Shown one piece after another: positions 29,561-31,257 of a stretch of 31,257 bases of DNA; position 1 is the stretch's first letter, and every line of letters begins with the position of its first letter. The DNA is taken from contig NW_006922148.1 in the NCBI RefSeq assembly GCF_000298275.1, forward strand, positions 1,101,242-1,132,498, read 5' to 3'. A program made the translations under genes and the position numbers. Below the pieces are notes generated by a model. That model saw only the letters and a program-made list of their open reading frames with translations. It was not told where the DNA came from and searched no databases. This stretch comes from Orycteropus afer (lineage: Eukaryota).

Positions 29561-29962
29561 ACAACATGAATATTTTGATACAGTAGTACAAATGTAGACA
29601 GTTGTTTAGAATTGATACACTCTATAATAATTTTCTAGATGACCAGATGAATTGGGATTCTTTCTGCAAAAGAAATAGTAAACCACAACTAAGTAATTTA
29701 AACAATAAAGACCTTTATTTTCCAATAGAATAAGTATGGATTTAGGTTGGCTACTGGTCCAGTCCACTCAGACTCAGCATCTTTCCATTCTTCCATTGAA
29801 TTAACAGCTTTACTCTCAGCCTGATTCCCCTCATGATCATCTTGTGCTGTAGTTCATAGCATCACATCTGGAACACTTCTTCTTGTGTCTCTTACAGGAA
29901 GCCTCCCAGCAGACTCTTATTCTTTTGTTCTCTACCCTAGCCCCTTTCCCAACCCTAATAAA

Positions 29963-30144
29963 ACAAAAAGCTCAGTGCCATCAAGTCGATTCTGACTCAT
30001 AGCAAACCCATTGGGTTTCTAAGACAGTAAATCTTTACAGAAGCAGACCACCCAGTCTTTCTTCCTCAGAGTGGCTGGTAGGTTCAAACTGCCAACCTTT
30101 CAGTTAGTAGCCAAATGCCTTAACCACTACATTACCAGAGCTCC
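29963..30144 (-). mobile_element. AfroSINE in minus orientation with a ~12 bp TSD
   Basis: The TSD is 'ccaaccctaata' before and 'ccaaccccaatag' after. The body reads 'aacaaaaagctcagtgccatcaagtcgattctgactcatagcaaaccc...ggttcaaactgccaacctttcagttagtagccaaatgccttaaccactacattaccagagctcc'. Confidence 0.9.
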
Positions 30145-30424
30145 TTCCAACCCCAATAGTAACCATTTTTATTAATTTATTATTTGTTTTTATAGTGTTT
30201 CTTTATGCAAATAAATAAGAATATGAACATGTATTTCCTTATTTACATAAAAGTTGTTTCATATACTTGCTTTTCTGCACCTTGTTTTCTTCTCCTAATA
30301 CATCTTCCACAGAGAGCTCATCCTCATTATAGTATCCCACTGTGGGGATGTGCCATATTGTGTGGATGTTCTTTATTGCCAGATGTTTGGGTTTCCACAT
30401 TTGCTACTATAGTGCCACAATAAA

Positions 30425-30745
30425 TTGTGTTGTTATTAAGTGCCATCAAGTTGATTCTGACTGATAGTGACCCTGTGTACAACAGAGCAAAATACTACCT
30501 GGTTCTATGCTATCCTCACAATTGTTGCTATGTTTGAGCCTATTGTTGCAGCCACTGTATTAGTCCATCTCATTGAGGATCTTCCTCTTTTTTCCTAACC
30601 CTCCATTTTACCAAGCATGATGTCTTTCTTCAGGGACTGTTCCCTCCTGAAAACATGTCTAAAGTATGTGAGATGAAGTCTCAGCATCCTTGCTCTTAAG
30701 GAGTATTCTGGCTGTTCTTCCAAGAGTGATTTGTTTATTCTTCTG
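30425..30745 (-). mobile_element. RTE/BovB 3'-end fragment (~320 bp)
   Basis: 'gtgccatcaagttgattctgactgatagtgaccctgtgtacaacagagc...' The minus ORF 30595-30780 contains 'KKDIMLGKMEG', the BovB C-terminal motif. Confidence 0.8.
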
Positions 30746-31257
30746 AAAGTTGTTGTTATTGTTAGGTGCCATCGAGTCACCTCCAGATCATAGTGACCCT
30801 ATGTACAACAGAATTAAACACTGCCTGGCTTGCGGCAGCCTCACAAACCTTGCTGTACCTGAGTCTGTCATTGCAGCCACTGTGTTAATCCATTTCGTTG
30901 AGGGTCTTCTCCTTTGCTGACCCTCCTCTTTACCAAGATGCTGCCCTTCTTCAGGGAATGGTCACTTCTGATAACATGACCAAAGTAGGTGAGATGAAGT
31001 CTGGCTCTTCTCATTTCCAAGGAGCATTCTGGCTGCACTTCTTCCAGGACAGGTTTGTTGGTTCTTCAGGCAGTCCATGATACTTTCAGTATTCTTTGGG
31101 AACACTACAACCCAAAAGCATCAACTCTTCTTCTGTCTTCCTTATTCATTGTCCAGCTTTCACATGCATATGAAGTGATTGAAAATACCATGGCTTGGAT
31201 TAGTCGTCAAAGAGACATCTTTGCTCTTCAGCACTTTAAAGAGGTCTTTTGTCCAGT
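30746..31257 (-). mobile_element. Second RTE/BovB 3'-end fragment, in tandem and in the same orientation; it continues beyond the window
   Basis: 'gtgccatcgagtcacctccagatcatagtgaccctatgtacaacagaattaaacactgcc...accaaagtaggtgagatgaagtctggctc...' is co-linear with 23217-23760. Confidence 0.8.

Overview
This window is mammalian nuclear DNA, not prokaryotic, and it contains no novel gene system. It holds at least 14 copies of the Afrotheria-specific tRNA-derived AfroSINE, so it most likely comes from an afrotherian genome (elephant, manatee, hyrax or a relative). More than 80% of the window is interspersed repeats, nested into one another. These are several L1 LINE copies, all in minus orientation, one of which keeps a 5'UTR built from about 17 tandem ~52-53 bp monomers. 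Two BovB/RTE-type LINEs sit head-to-head, and there are additional RTE 3'-end fragments. Six copies of a ~0.8 kb composite non-autonomous retroposon with a T-rich tail occur, several flanked by target-site duplications (TSDs). A few LTR-like blocks and simple or low-complexity tracts fill much of the rest. The only protein-coding host sequence I can support is two plus-strand internal exons with canonical AG/GT splice sites. Their translation matches the helical-domain region of vault poly(ADP-ribose) polymerase (PARP4), including the FYTLIPH motif typical of PARP helical domains. The window is therefore best read as two exons and the surrounding introns of a PARP4 orthologue. The points worth a second look are TE-biological: the monomeric L1 promoter array, the homopurine tract in the L1 5'UTR, the 0.8 kb composite retroposon family, the inverted RTE pair, a foldback SINE-tail structure, and the order of nested insertions. 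All coordinates for repeats are approximate (roughly +/-10-30 bp). Family names rest on my recognition of sequence and motifs and were not checked against a database.
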